Source: Marinicella sp.
GTDB lineage: Bacteria > Pseudomonadota > Gammaproteobacteria > Xanthomonadales > Marinicellaceae
Direction: 5' to 3'
Length of the DNA stretch: 64,000 bases
Assembly: GCA_965230295.1 (NCBI GenBank)
Contig: OZ246001.1
Coordinates: 2,368,001-2,432,000 of the forward strand
Below, piece by piece: positions 41,700-50,686 of the stretch (its first letter is position 1; every line of letters starts with the position of its first letter). A program made the position numbers and the translations under genes. The notes under the pieces were generated by a model. The model did no database searches. It had not been told where the DNA came from and saw only the letters and a list, made by a program, of their open reading frames with translations.

Positions 41700-42248
41700 T
41701 CAGCCAAATGAACCACTGAATAAGCCATCACTTTTGATGCGATCATCCAATACATCAAAACCACCCTTACTTAAGCGGTCGGTATTGGTTTCAAACTCAA
41801 TGGCATTGATGACATCTCCATGCGCCATATTTTGTGGCATGGGAATGTTGGTTTGATTTTGTTGGTTAAGCTGACTGATTTCAGGGATGGCAACAACCAT
41901 GGCAAAGGCAAAGGCCAAGGTGGCTACCGAAGTTTTTAAAGGCGTTTCCATGCCCAAAAAACTGAACCACGAACGTCTTGAGTTTTCAATGGCATCAGCC
42001 ATAACATGACTCCAATCTTTCAGCGCCATTGCACCTTTCATGGCCTGGGCACTGTCGTGGTCACTGATCAAGTCCTCTACATGACTCAAACGAGTTGATG
42101 AAGCGGCAGTGGCAGCATAACAATCATGTGCATCACTACTGGCAGTGTGCTTTTTACTGTTGTTTTGAAACAGTTCAGCCAATTGTTTTTCGGTTAATTT
42201 TATGCCTTTGTCTTTCATCTTTATCACACTCGGTTCAATCAATTTCAT
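41700..42248 (-). CDS. Putative single-pass anti-sigma factor
   Basis: Overlaps the ECF gene end; one TM (SVATLAFAFAMVVAIP); short low-complexity exported tail. Confidence 0.6.
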   Translation of the reverse strand: MKLIEPSVIKMKDKGIKLTEKQLAELFQNNSKKHTASSDAHDCYAATAASSTRLSHVEDLISDHDSAQAMKGAMALKDWSHVMADAIENSRRSWFSFLGMETPLKTSVATLAFAFAMVVAIPEISQLNQQNQTNIPMPQNMAHGDVINAIEFETNTDRLSKGGFDVLDDRIKSDGLFSGSFG

Positions 42249-42783
42249 AAGAAATATTCATTTTTTGCAGTTTATCTTTCAATGCCGCCATGGCTCTTTT
42301 AGATAAATTTTCTGCTTTGTAAAACGGCCATCCTGTTATTTCGGCCATTTCTTTAACTGAGTAGCCTTGTAGTCTCAGCTTGACCGCTACTCGACGACTT
42401 TCGGGTAATGTTTCTATGGCTTCAAGCACCTGTTGTTGGACTTCATGGTCTATAACGGTTTGATCTGGTTCAGCTTCTTGGCTGACCAAATCGGCTTGAT
42501 AACCTTGTTCATCACTGTCTTGTCCGGGTAAAGCGACATCTTGCGTATGTCTTTTGTGCTTTCTGGCCAGATCAATGATGACATTAGCCGCAGTTCTGTA
42601 TATATAAGACGAGAGGTTGTCTATTTCTCGGTCACTTTCTAGAATTTTTATTAATCGAATGGAAACTTCTTGATAAACATCATCGGCTGTAACCCCGATG
42701 ATTTGGATGTTTTTGCTGTAAACGGCCTGCTCAATCAAGTGTTGATGCTGGTGAAAAATTTTTTCAAGTTTGCGTTTGTTCAC
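42235..42783 (-). CDS. ECF RNA polymerase sigma factor
   Basis: DDVYQEV, YIYRTAANVIID..RK, LPESRRVAV..GYSVKEMAE. Confidence 0.9.
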   Translation of the reverse strand: MNKRKLEKIFHQHQHLIEQAVYSKNIQIIGVTADDVYQEVSIRLIKILESDREIDNLSSYIYRTAANVIIDLARKHKRHTQDVALPGQDSDEQGYQADLVSQEAEPDQTVIDHEVQQQVLEAIETLPESRRVAVKLRLQGYSVKEMAEITGWPFYKAENLSKRAMAALKDKLQKMNISYEID

Positions 42784-42788
42784 CGTAT

Positions 42789-44348
42789 TTACCAGGCATC
42801 AATAAAAGATAAAATAACACCCTTGGTATTCAATAAGGCATGTTTCTTGGCATATTGTATCGCAGTGAATCCTTGTTTGTTCACAGATTTTGGATTGGCA
42901 CCTAATTTCAACATTTCATGGACAATGTTGGCGATGTGGCTGTCATCGGCTTGATACTTCTTGCTTTTTGCCGCACCACACAAAATGTGTAAGGCCGTGT
43001 TGCCTTGCGGATTAACGGTATTGATGTCTAGCCCATTTTGGTGAATCAGGCGCAAGGTGGCTTTGGCTTTGGCGGTGTTGCCATAATATTCTGCAGCGAT
43101 GGCCACATTGTGATAAAGAGACATGCCAGCTTCATCTTGGGTATTGATGTCAGCACCGGCTTCTAGCAACATGTTGACACAAGCCTCACTCCATTGTGTT
43201 GCGGCCAGTGATAACAGTGGATAACCGCCTGGACCGGTCGCATTGCTTTGTGCGCCATGACTGAGTAACAAGCCAACCAAGGACCGGGAATTGCTGATGA
43301 TGGCACTGGAAAGTGGTGAGCTGCCATTATCCGAACGGTGATCAACATTGGCGTTGTTTTGAATCAAATAGGATGCCACGGCTCGGTGCCCCTTACCGGC
43401 GGCGTGAATCAGTCCGGTACAGCCTTTTGCATCAGTGATGTCTATGGATACGCCCTTGACTTTGAGTTTGTTGATGCGTCCCAGGTTCCCTTCTGTGATG
43501 GCAGCAAACCACTGTGTGCTGTGATCTTTGCTGACTGTTGGAGGAGGAGAACTGACTGTTTGGATTTCATTGTTGTCAGGCTTTGGTGTTTCCTGAATGT
43601 CATTGGTGATTTGATCGTCAGCGGTTAAAAATAAAGGCAATTCCATCTGTTTATCGGCTTCTATTTTGGTCACCAACAACTTGAATATGGCTGGGAATTT
43701 TTTCTCAGCAACGCTGTAAGCAGATTTTCCCCGGTGGTTTTTTGTCGTGCAGTCTACATTGTGCTCCAGCAGGGTTTTGATCAGTTTGGTGTTGGGGTTG
43801 GGCTGTTGCATGGCAATCAGCAAAGCATTGTCACCTTGCTGATTGCAGTGATGGACGTCTGTTTGTTGGGCTATCAGTAATTCAACAATTGGGTTTGATT
43901 GACTGATGACAGCATCTAAATAAGCATTCATGCCATGGTTGTCAGTGGCGGCCAAATCGTCATTGTTTTTAATCAAGTACCTGACTTTTTTCTCATGGCC
44001 CAATAAACAGGCTGTCATCAGTGCTGTGCGACCATTTTTATCAGTCGCTTCCAAGTCACCCGTGTGGGCAAACACCAACTCCAGGCCTTGGGTCATGTCT
44101 TTCTTGTATTGGGTGGCTGCTATCAGAGGCGGGCAGTGGCTTTCTTGCGGAACCATCTGATTGCTTAACAGGTGTTTGGCAATTTTCCATCGCCCATGTT
44201 TGAGTGCTACATTCAAGGGTGCAAAGTCCGGATGGTTCACTTCCTCAATGCCTAACCCTTGATCCATCAAATCAAGCAATTGACTCAATTGTCCTTGGCG
44301 ACAACAAGACAATATTTTCTTGGCGGCATCTGAGAGGGGTTGATTCAC
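42789..44348 (-). CDS. Ankyrin repeat protein (two ANK blocks joined by a linker)
   Basis: GRTALMTAC, GDNALLIA, GCTGLIHAA, GSSPLSSA, GNTALH. Confidence 0.88.
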   Translation of the reverse strand: MNQPLSDAAKKILSCCRQGQLSQLLDLMDQGLGIEEVNHPDFAPLNVALKHGRWKIAKHLLSNQMVPQESHCPPLIAATQYKKDMTQGLELVFAHTGDLEATDKNGRTALMTACLLGHEKKVRYLIKNNDDLAATDNHGMNAYLDAVISQSNPIVELLIAQQTDVHHCNQQGDNALLIAMQQPNPNTKLIKTLLEHNVDCTTKNHRGKSAYSVAEKKFPAIFKLLVTKIEADKQMELPLFLTADDQITNDIQETPKPDNNEIQTVSSPPPTVSKDHSTQWFAAITEGNLGRINKLKVKGVSIDITDAKGCTGLIHAAGKGHRAVASYLIQNNANVDHRSDNGSSPLSSAIISNSRSLVGLLLSHGAQSNATGPGGYPLLSLAATQWSEACVNMLLEAGADINTQDEAGMSLYHNVAIAAEYYGNTAKAKATLRLIHQNGLDINTVNPQGNTALHILCGAAKSKKYQADDSHIANIVHEMLKLGANPKSVNKQGFTAIQYAKKHALLNTKGVILSFIDAW

Positions 44349-44404
44349 TTATTTATTCCGTTTCAAACTGTAGAACACAATTCATATTTATGTCAGGGTT
44401 CTGT

Positions 44405-45697
44405 TCAATTGAATGTCAGTGTCGCAGATAATCCCGTGGTGTTGTTGCGTTTTATTTCGATGTCCCAATTATACAGGTCACAAAGTCGTTTGACGATAGC
44501 TAATCCCAATCCCGATCCTTTGCTGTTGGGTTTTCCTGCCCGATAATGGCGGTCAAATAACTTGGGCAGCTCAGATTCAGTGACACCAATGCCTTCATCT
44601 TGTACTGTGACACTGTTTTTATTAAGGATGATATGAACGGTGCCTTCTGTGGTGTATTTGATGGCGTTGCCTATCAAGTTACTGAGCACCACTGACACAA
44701 CTGATTCAGGTGCTTTAACTTGTAACCAATCATTTTCAGTGATCCTGGTTTTTACAGGTTTGAGTTTCAAAGTGGGTTCAAATCCATCAATGATGTTTTT
44801 GATGATTTGGCCTGGCTGGGTCCTTTCATGCCCTGGATGTTCTTTGCGTTCTTCTCTGGCCAACAACAACAGTGTTTCAGTCAATTCTGTGGACTGTTTG
44901 GTGGCACGTTCAATCCGATCAATGCGGTCCAGCTCTTTGCTGGATATGTTGGGGTTTGATTTGATGAGTTCTACAGTGCTGCGTATCACAGTCAGCGGGG
45001 TTCTCAGTTCGTGACTGACATCGGCATTGAATTCTTTGTCTCTGATCACATAGTCAGTTAGTTTTTGTGCGTAGGCATCCAAGGCCTTGGCCACTTGACC
45101 GACTTCGTCATCGTGAAAGTTAGGAGCCAAAGGCTCTAAATGGGTGTCTGCATCCAAGTTCTCTAACATCGCAGCCAGTCTACTCAGTGGTTTGAGGGCT
45201 TTTTTCGATACATAGATGGCCAGTATATATGCCAGTAATAAAAACACCAAAAACATCGCAGTGAAAACCAGAAACAAGGGTTGGGAACTGCTGTCGATAT
45301 GACTGATGTCATTTTTTATGAAGCCCCAAACCGGTTGGTTATTGACCTGATGCCTTTTGTTGACCGCTACGATGAATGTCTTGTTGCCTTCTGTTAATAC
45401 ATGTGTGCCTTCTGTTAAATCGCCATAATGTAAGGGTAAATCCAAATGAAACTTGGACGGTGAAGTGATGAATGCTTCAATGTTGGTTGATACCTGTTCC
45501 TCAGTCAAGATGTTTGGGTTCATGCTGAACTTGAGCATGTAAGCATCCAAGTCTTCCTGAATGGTTTGAGCAATCAAATCATTTTGCAGGCGTTGACGAA
45601 TGCTCAATGAACTGATCGCAAAGAGGGAAGTTAGCAGGGTACTGAAAGCCAGAAATCCGATGATTATCCGGCTTTTTATACTACTCCGAAAGTTCAT
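44405..45697 (-). CDS. Sensor histidine kinase (ColS-like)
   Basis: Two TMs, HAMP, DVSHELRTPL, NLIGNAIKY, DEGIG, GLGLAIV. Start taken at MNFRSS. Confidence 0.93.
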   Translation of the reverse strand: MNFRSSIKSRIIIGFLAFSTLLTSLFAISSLSIRQRLQNDLIAQTIQEDLDAYMLKFSMNPNILTEEQVSTNIEAFITSPSKFHLDLPLHYGDLTEGTHVLTEGNKTFIVAVNKRHQVNNQPVWGFIKNDISHIDSSSQPLFLVFTAMFLVFLLLAYILAIYVSKKALKPLSRLAAMLENLDADTHLEPLAPNFHDDEVGQVAKALDAYAQKLTDYVIRDKEFNADVSHELRTPLTVIRSTVELIKSNPNISSKELDRIDRIERATKQSTELTETLLLLAREERKEHPGHERTQPGQIIKNIIDGFEPTLKLKPVKTRITENDWLQVKAPESVVSVVLSNLIGNAIKYTTEGTVHIILNKNSVTVQDEGIGVTESELPKLFDRHYRAGKPNSKGSGLGLAIVKRLCDLYNWDIEIKRNNTTGLSATLTFN

Positions 45698-46367
45698 CCG
45701 GGTCCGAAACATGGTAACCAATGCCATGCCTAGTGTGAATCAGGTTCTTCTCAAAAGGTTTATCAATACTGGTTCGAAGTCCATGAATATGGACACGCAA
45801 TGAATCTGAGTCTGGCATTTCTTCACCCCAAACTTTCACTTCAAGTTCTTCTCTTGGAACCACATATGGGCTTGATTCCATCAAGATTTGCAATAATTTC
45901 AAGCCAGTCGGGTTCATTTTAATGGCTTGACCGGCACGTTTTACCGTCAAACTGTCTAAGTTATACTCCAGATCAGCCACTGTGAGTTTACGGTTCAAAT
46001 TCTGTTTCTTGCGGTTGCCCAGCACCATAACCCTGGCTTCTAATTCTTGCAAGGCAAATGGTTTCACCATGTAGTCGTCGGCACCGTATTCGAAACCTTC
46101 CAGTTTCTGTTCTAACGTATCTCTGGCCGTTAACATAATCACAGGGGTGCTTTTTTTGGCATCTTTGCGTAACTTCTTACACAAATCCAGGCCATCCATC
46201 CCTGGCAGCATCAAGTCTAAAATGATGACATCAAAATCATTGGTCACAGCCAAATGTAATCCGGTCACACCATCACCAGCGTAATCGACAATATGATCTC
46301 GGTCTTCAAAATAATCGACAATGTTCGCAGCAATGTCGGTGTTGTCTTCAACTACTAATATTTTCAT
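45681..46367 (-). CDS. OmpR-family response regulator (ColR-like)
   Basis: VVEDN, LDLMLP, GADDYMVKPF, DSLRVHIHGLR, HGIGY. Confidence 0.94.
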   Translation of the reverse strand: MKILVVEDNTDIAANIVDYFEDRDHIVDYAGDGVTGLHLAVTNDFDVIILDLMLPGMDGLDLCKKLRKDAKKSTPVIMLTARDTLEQKLEGFEYGADDYMVKPFALQELEARVMVLGNRKKQNLNRKLTVADLEYNLDSLTVKRAGQAIKMNPTGLKLLQILMESSPYVVPREELEVKVWGEEMPDSDSLRVHIHGLRTSIDKPFEKNLIHTRHGIGYHVSDPDELSE

Positions 46368-46468
46368 TTTAATCCTGTCTCAATGGGTTGTGTTTTCTTT
46401 TGTGTCCTTCCTGAATGCAACTCATATCTTCAAGCAAATGACAGCGTTTTGTCATAAGCTTTGCAGCT

Positions 46469-46555
46469 AAAAAAAATCCCAAGGAGCTGCAAAACGCCTT
46501 GGGAAATATATGATGCCCGGATAATAGTCAAATTCATTTGGAGAACTCTGACGTT
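46469..46555 (-). ncRNA. Candidate small RNA or attenuator leader upstream of the response regulator
   Basis: Minus-strand -10 TATGAT (46567-62); intrinsic terminator TCCCAAGG-N12-CCTTGGGA + T8 (46504-46469); no ORF recognised. Confidence 0.45.
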
Positions 46556-46561
46556 GAATCC

Positions 46562-46605
46562 ATCATACTAACATTTCTGTTAAAACTTCGTTAAGCGTTA
46601 ATTAA
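46562..46605 (-). promoter_or_regulatory. OmpR-family-type boxes (three TTAA at 11-bp spacing) and -10 element
   Basis: TTAA at 46580, 46591 and 46602; -10 TATGAT on the minus strand. Confidence 0.45.
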
Positions 46606-46698
46606 TTCATTGTAAATTAATCGGCTGTTTATTTGAAGTTTAAATTTCAGTCAATGGTCTTTGCTAAAATCATCACCTTGATGTTTTAAAATAGTCCC

Positions 46699-47238
46699 AT
46701 GCTGAGATTTTCTGTCATTTTCATTACCCTTATATTGTCCTTGTTGTTGTTGGAAATTTATGAACCTGTGCGGCAGGCCGTGATTTTGCCTTTTACCTCA
46801 GCATTGGCCAGTTTTTGTACCTGGTTGATTCATTTTTTTGACGGCAGCGTGGTGACTTACAAAGACATCATTGAAGACCCGGCGACAGGTCTTGCCATAC
46901 AAATAGCACCTGGCTGCAATGGTGTGGAAGCCATGATCATCTTACTGTCTGCGGTGTTGGCATTTCCATCACCTTGGTTTTATAAACTCAAAGGACTGTT
47001 CTGGGGATTTCTGGCCATTCAAGCCTTGAACACAGTCAGGATCATTTCGCTTTTTTACTTGCTGCAATGGGATAAAGATTGGTTCATGTTCTTTCACACG
47101 TATTTGTGGCAAGCGTTGATTGTGCTTGATGCTTTGGTGGTGTGGTTGATCTGGCTACGATACCTGCCAAAGAACCCTAAAAATACCGATGACATTGAGC
47201 CGGAAGATACGCCTGAACCCGTCACTCAAATCTCGTAA
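46699..47238 (+). CDS. xrtH: Exosortase H-type transpeptidase
   Basis: 179-aa membrane protein with catalytic Cys (APGCNGVEA), Arg (NTVRIISL) and His (FFHTYLWQ). Confidence 0.85.
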   Translation: MLRFSVIFITLILSLLLLEIYEPVRQAVILPFTSALASFCTWLIHFFDGSVVTYKDIIEDPATGLAIQIAPGCNGVEAMIILLSAVLAFPSPWFYKLKGLFWGFLAIQALNTVRIISLFYLLQWDKDWFMFFHTYLWQALIVLDALVVWLIWLRYLPKNPKNTDDIEPEDTPEPVTQIS

Positions 47239-47249
47239 CTACAATTTGA

Positions 47250-47519
47250 CTAGCCGGTCTTGCATTGTTCAAGCAGCTTGATTAACTCATGGGATTTATT
47301 AACGAGTAGGGCACTCATATCTTCCTGTTCCTGTGCCAACATTTCAATTTCCGAGCACATGGCTGATATTTCAGCAAAACCATAGCTACCGCTGGACCCT
47401 GCCAACTGATGCACTTGAACGGTCAGCGCTTGAACATCTTGTCGTTCAAGCGCTGTTTCTAAGGTAGATATCTTTTCTTCAAAAGATGATAAAAATTTTT
47501 GTTTTAATTGCTCTAACAA
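47250..47519 (-). CDS. Stand-alone Hpt (histidine phosphotransfer) protein
   Basis: VHQLAGSSGSYGF (HxxxGS motif); all-helical 89 aa; TTG start. Confidence 0.85.
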   Translation of the reverse strand: MLEQLKQKFLSSFEEKISTLETALERQDVQALTVQVHQLAGSSGSYGFAEISAMCSEIEMLAQEQEDMSALLVNKSHELIKLLEQCKTG

Positions 47520-47532
47520 GCTCGATAACCCA

Positions 47533-49836
47533 TCAATCTAACACCGTTATGGTGACTGTTGCAGTTGACTGTTGTGTGCCATCAGTGATCGTATAAGTGA
47601 ATGTGGTTTCACCACACCAACCCACAGGTGGCACGTAAGTCACTGTGCCATCGGCATTGATGTCTTCAATTGAGCCAATTAACCCATCAGTATCAACCGA
47701 AACCAGAGTAATGGTGTCACCATCTGGATCGCTGTCATTGGCCAGCAAGTTGATTGTCTTTGAACGGTTCATGGTGGTGAAGAACGAATCATCAACAGCC
47801 ACAGGTGCTGAATTGGGATCGAGTACAGTCACATTGACTGTGGCAGAAGCTGTACCACCATCGGCATCTGAGATGGTGTAATCAATGGTTGCTGTACCTA
47901 ACGAACCAGGTGTTGCCGTGATGCTCAAGGTGCCATCGCCATTGTCTACAACCATCAAATCACTGTTGCTGACAGTGAAATTCACAACACTCAAATTGGT
48001 TGCATCACCATCTGGATCAGAATCGTTGGACAAGACATCAACGACCAAAGTTTCTCCAATGGCCAATGAAGCGGTGTCATCATTGGCCACCGGTCCAATG
48101 TTCAGAACAGTAATCGTTACTGTTGCGGTATCGGTTCCACCTTCGCCATCTGATAAAACGTAGGTAAATGTATCGGTACCTATAAAACCACTGTTTGGCG
48201 TGTAAGTGATGACATCCCCATTATTAACCACAGTACCGTTACTGGCTGCAGAAGTTGATTCGATCACCAAAACATTACCTGTGTCTTCATCGGTGTCATT
48301 ACTTAACACATCAATCAAGATACCCGATGAATTGCGGTTGATGGTGATGCCGTCATCGTTCGCCACAGGTAAGGCATTCAAGAAAACGATTTCCCCCAAA
48401 GTGGTGTTGGTTTCAGTTTCTTGGTATTTATACACATCAACGGTGCGTTTGTGCTGTGCAGGGTTCCTCAATGCACGGCTGATCCAGGCTGCAGGCGCAT
48501 CGACCTTTCGTTTCACCCACTTCATAGGCAGATCTTCATCAGCGATGTCTACTTCTATAAAGTCTTCTTCAATGGTCAGGAATGATATTTCAACCCTGCG
48601 GTTTTTAGGTTTGTCTGGGCCGTCATTATCAAAAGCAGGTTGTGACTCACCCATGCCTTTGGTACGGATGATGTCGGTATCGATGCCATGTTCAACAAAA
48701 AATGCTTTGGCACTGCTGGCCCGTCTGGCAGATAAATCCAGGTTGTAATCATCTGATGCAATGTCACAAGTGTGGCCAACGATGTTGATGCTACTGGCCA
48801 GCTCGGAAGCTTTGATTTTTTCCACCAGAGTTTTTAACTCGGCAGCGGCATCATCACGGATGAAGTCTTTGTCTAAATCAAAGAACGCCATGGAAGACAG
48901 GTCGACTTGGTTTTGAACCACCTGACGATTTTCTAATTGCAGTTGTTTTAAACGATCTTCATCCAACACCTGAACCTCTTCATCGACCGTTGTGGGCAAG
49001 AATGATTGACCAAAGTCATAGCGATACATCAAATTTGCACGGGTATCATCTTTGTCGGTTTCAAAATCGCCGGTTTTTTTAATCTGCTCAACCGAGAGTG
49101 CCAGACTGTGTCCTGTGTTGTGAAAGTATTTTTCAAGATTGACACTTGCAGTGAATTGATCAGAATCAAAATCACCTTGCTCATAATCCAGGCCACCAGT
49201 TAAACGCACCAAGTTGTCCTCGAAGTATTTACCCATTCGGCCACCCACGCCCCAATCGTAGGGATGTTCGTAATTCCTGATGATGGTTTCTACAGTTTGT
49301 GTTTGCATGAAATCTCGACCATCCAATTGACCAAAAATATCGGTGGTCACTGAACTGGATGATTGGTTAACCAGCCGTGAACCTGAGACAGCAGAACTGA
49401 CGTTCACATTCCAAAACTTATCTCGGGCTTCTGATCCAAAACCAACGGTGACTTTGCGGTCATCAAACGTGTTTTGATCAATGGCAGCAAAGTATTTCCA
49501 AACACGTAAATCATCTTCATTGTTAATCAGATCTGCTTTTTCATTGGCTCCTGATAACCGGTGATAATCCAGTTTCAAGCCACCTGCACCATCGGACAAC
49601 CAAACCTCACCCATCCAGTTACTGTCCCAACTGGTGTTGAATGATTTAAGGAAGTCACCAATGATTTCTCCATCATTGTCTACACCGATACCTAAACGTG
49701 TGTCATCACCTGCATAAGCAAAGTTAATTTGATCTTCAGTGCCTGAAACTGCGGTTTGACCGGTTTGATTTTGAGCACCAGCACTCATGGCCGCCAGCAT
49801 GGCAGCAGCGAACAATTTGTTTTTGTGGTTTTCCAT
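47533..49836 (-). CDS. Outer-membrane protein: beta-rich N-domain + OmpA-like domain + three Ig-like (Big_9/cadherin-like) repeats
   Basis: Signal peptide; FFDLDK..GHTC..YNLDLSARRA..NRRVEI; three P.A.DD..DVL.ND.D.D..YT..D repeats. Confidence 0.85.
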   Translation of the reverse strand: MENHKNKLFAAAMLAAMSAGAQNQTGQTAVSGTEDQINFAYAGDDTRLGIGVDNDGEIIGDFLKSFNTSWDSNWMGEVWLSDGAGGLKLDYHRLSGANEKADLINNEDDLRVWKYFAAIDQNTFDDRKVTVGFGSEARDKFWNVNVSSAVSGSRLVNQSSSSVTTDIFGQLDGRDFMQTQTVETIIRNYEHPYDWGVGGRMGKYFEDNLVRLTGGLDYEQGDFDSDQFTASVNLEKYFHNTGHSLALSVEQIKKTGDFETDKDDTRANLMYRYDFGQSFLPTTVDEEVQVLDEDRLKQLQLENRQVVQNQVDLSSMAFFDLDKDFIRDDAAAELKTLVEKIKASELASSINIVGHTCDIASDDYNLDLSARRASSAKAFFVEHGIDTDIIRTKGMGESQPAFDNDGPDKPKNRRVEISFLTIEEDFIEVDIADEDLPMKWVKRKVDAPAAWISRALRNPAQHKRTVDVYKYQETETNTTLGEIVFLNALPVANDDGITINRNSSGILIDVLSNDTDEDTGNVLVIESTSAASNGTVVNNGDVITYTPNSGFIGTDTFTYVLSDGEGGTDTATVTITVLNIGPVANDDTASLAIGETLVVDVLSNDSDPDGDATNLSVVNFTVSNSDLMVVDNGDGTLSITATPGSLGTATIDYTISDADGGTASATVNVTVLDPNSAPVAVDDSFFTTMNRSKTINLLANDSDPDGDTITLVSVDTDGLIGSIEDINADGTVTYVPPVGWCGETTFTYTITDGTQQSTATVTITVLD

Positions 49837-49942
49837 GGAATCGCCTTTTGTAAAAATGTACATTCACGGCATTTTAACAACAGGAAATTTTAAAGTCATG
49901 CTTATTTAGCGCATTTAACCATTTATCACATTGGAAAAGAGA

Positions 49943-49978
49943 ACCTTGACCTGGATGTACTGTCATCCAGACCAAGGT
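49943..49978 (-). terminator. Intrinsic terminator after the ECF/anti-sigma pair
   Basis: 15-bp stem, fully paired with G-U pairs only on the minus strand, followed by TCTCTTTT. Confidence 0.55.
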
Positions 49979-49990
49979 ATTTGGAGAGAA

Positions 49991-50686
49991 TTAATTGATT
50001 GGTTTCAATGCATTGACCAATGCGGTTTCTATTTGGGCGGTGCTTTCATGAGGACGGGCTATGATGGCGGCAGAGCCTTGTTCAAGCGCCACAATCTTGC
50101 CTTTGAAACCTTCCATTTGCATGTTGATGGCTTCATCCACCGGTGAGTTGGGCATATACAGGACGGTGATGGGTTGGTTTAAATCATTCATCACCACCAT
50201 GCGAGCCCCTTTGCCATTGAGGGTGGGACACAGTTTCATAAAGTGTACATCGCCCAACTCGCCATCAATGGCGGTGTTGATGCTGGCAAACAATGGTGCC
50301 AAGTCATCTTGAGGTATTTCTTCTTCTGACATATACACTGCTGGTTCCATCATCAAAGCTTCATTGATGAATTTTTCCAAGTCAGAGCTTTGGTTGTTTG
50401 ACAACATGAAGAAGCCCGCGCCAACAACCAGCACCATAGAAGCAGCCATGGCAAAGAACTGGTTTCTGAAGCGGTTTTGTTTGTTTTGTGCTTGATGGAA
50501 CTTGATGTGCTCAATGTGCATTTCAGGGACCGGAATGTTCAAGGCATCGATGATGACTTGTTCTTTTTCCATGGCATCCTGATAGGCTTTGCGACAGCGT
50601 TTATCATTGGCTTTGGCCTGTAAAAAATCAGGGTTTTTTGAGTATGGATCGGCATCCAGTATTTGTTTAAATTCAAAGTAATTCAT
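49991..50686 (-). CDS. DUF3379-family putative anti-sigma factor
   Basis: EFKQILDADP, ALNIPVP, TM AMAASMVLVV; overlaps the ECF stop. Confidence 0.75.
   Translation of the reverse strand: MNYFEFKQILDADPYSKNPDFLQAKANDKRCRKAYQDAMEKEQVIIDALNIPVPEMHIEHIKFHQAQNKQNRFRNQFFAMAASMVLVVGAGFFMLSNNQSSDLEKFINEALMMEPAVYMSEEEIPQDDLAPLFASINTAIDGELGDVHFMKLCPTLNGKGARMVVMNDLNQPITVLYMPNSPVDEAINMQMEGFKGKIVALEQGSAAIIARPHESTAQIETALVNALKPIN

Noticed and set aside
47645-48748. Plus-strand ORFs up to 180 aa
   Set aside because: Antisense shadows of the repetitive OmpA/Ig-repeat gene.
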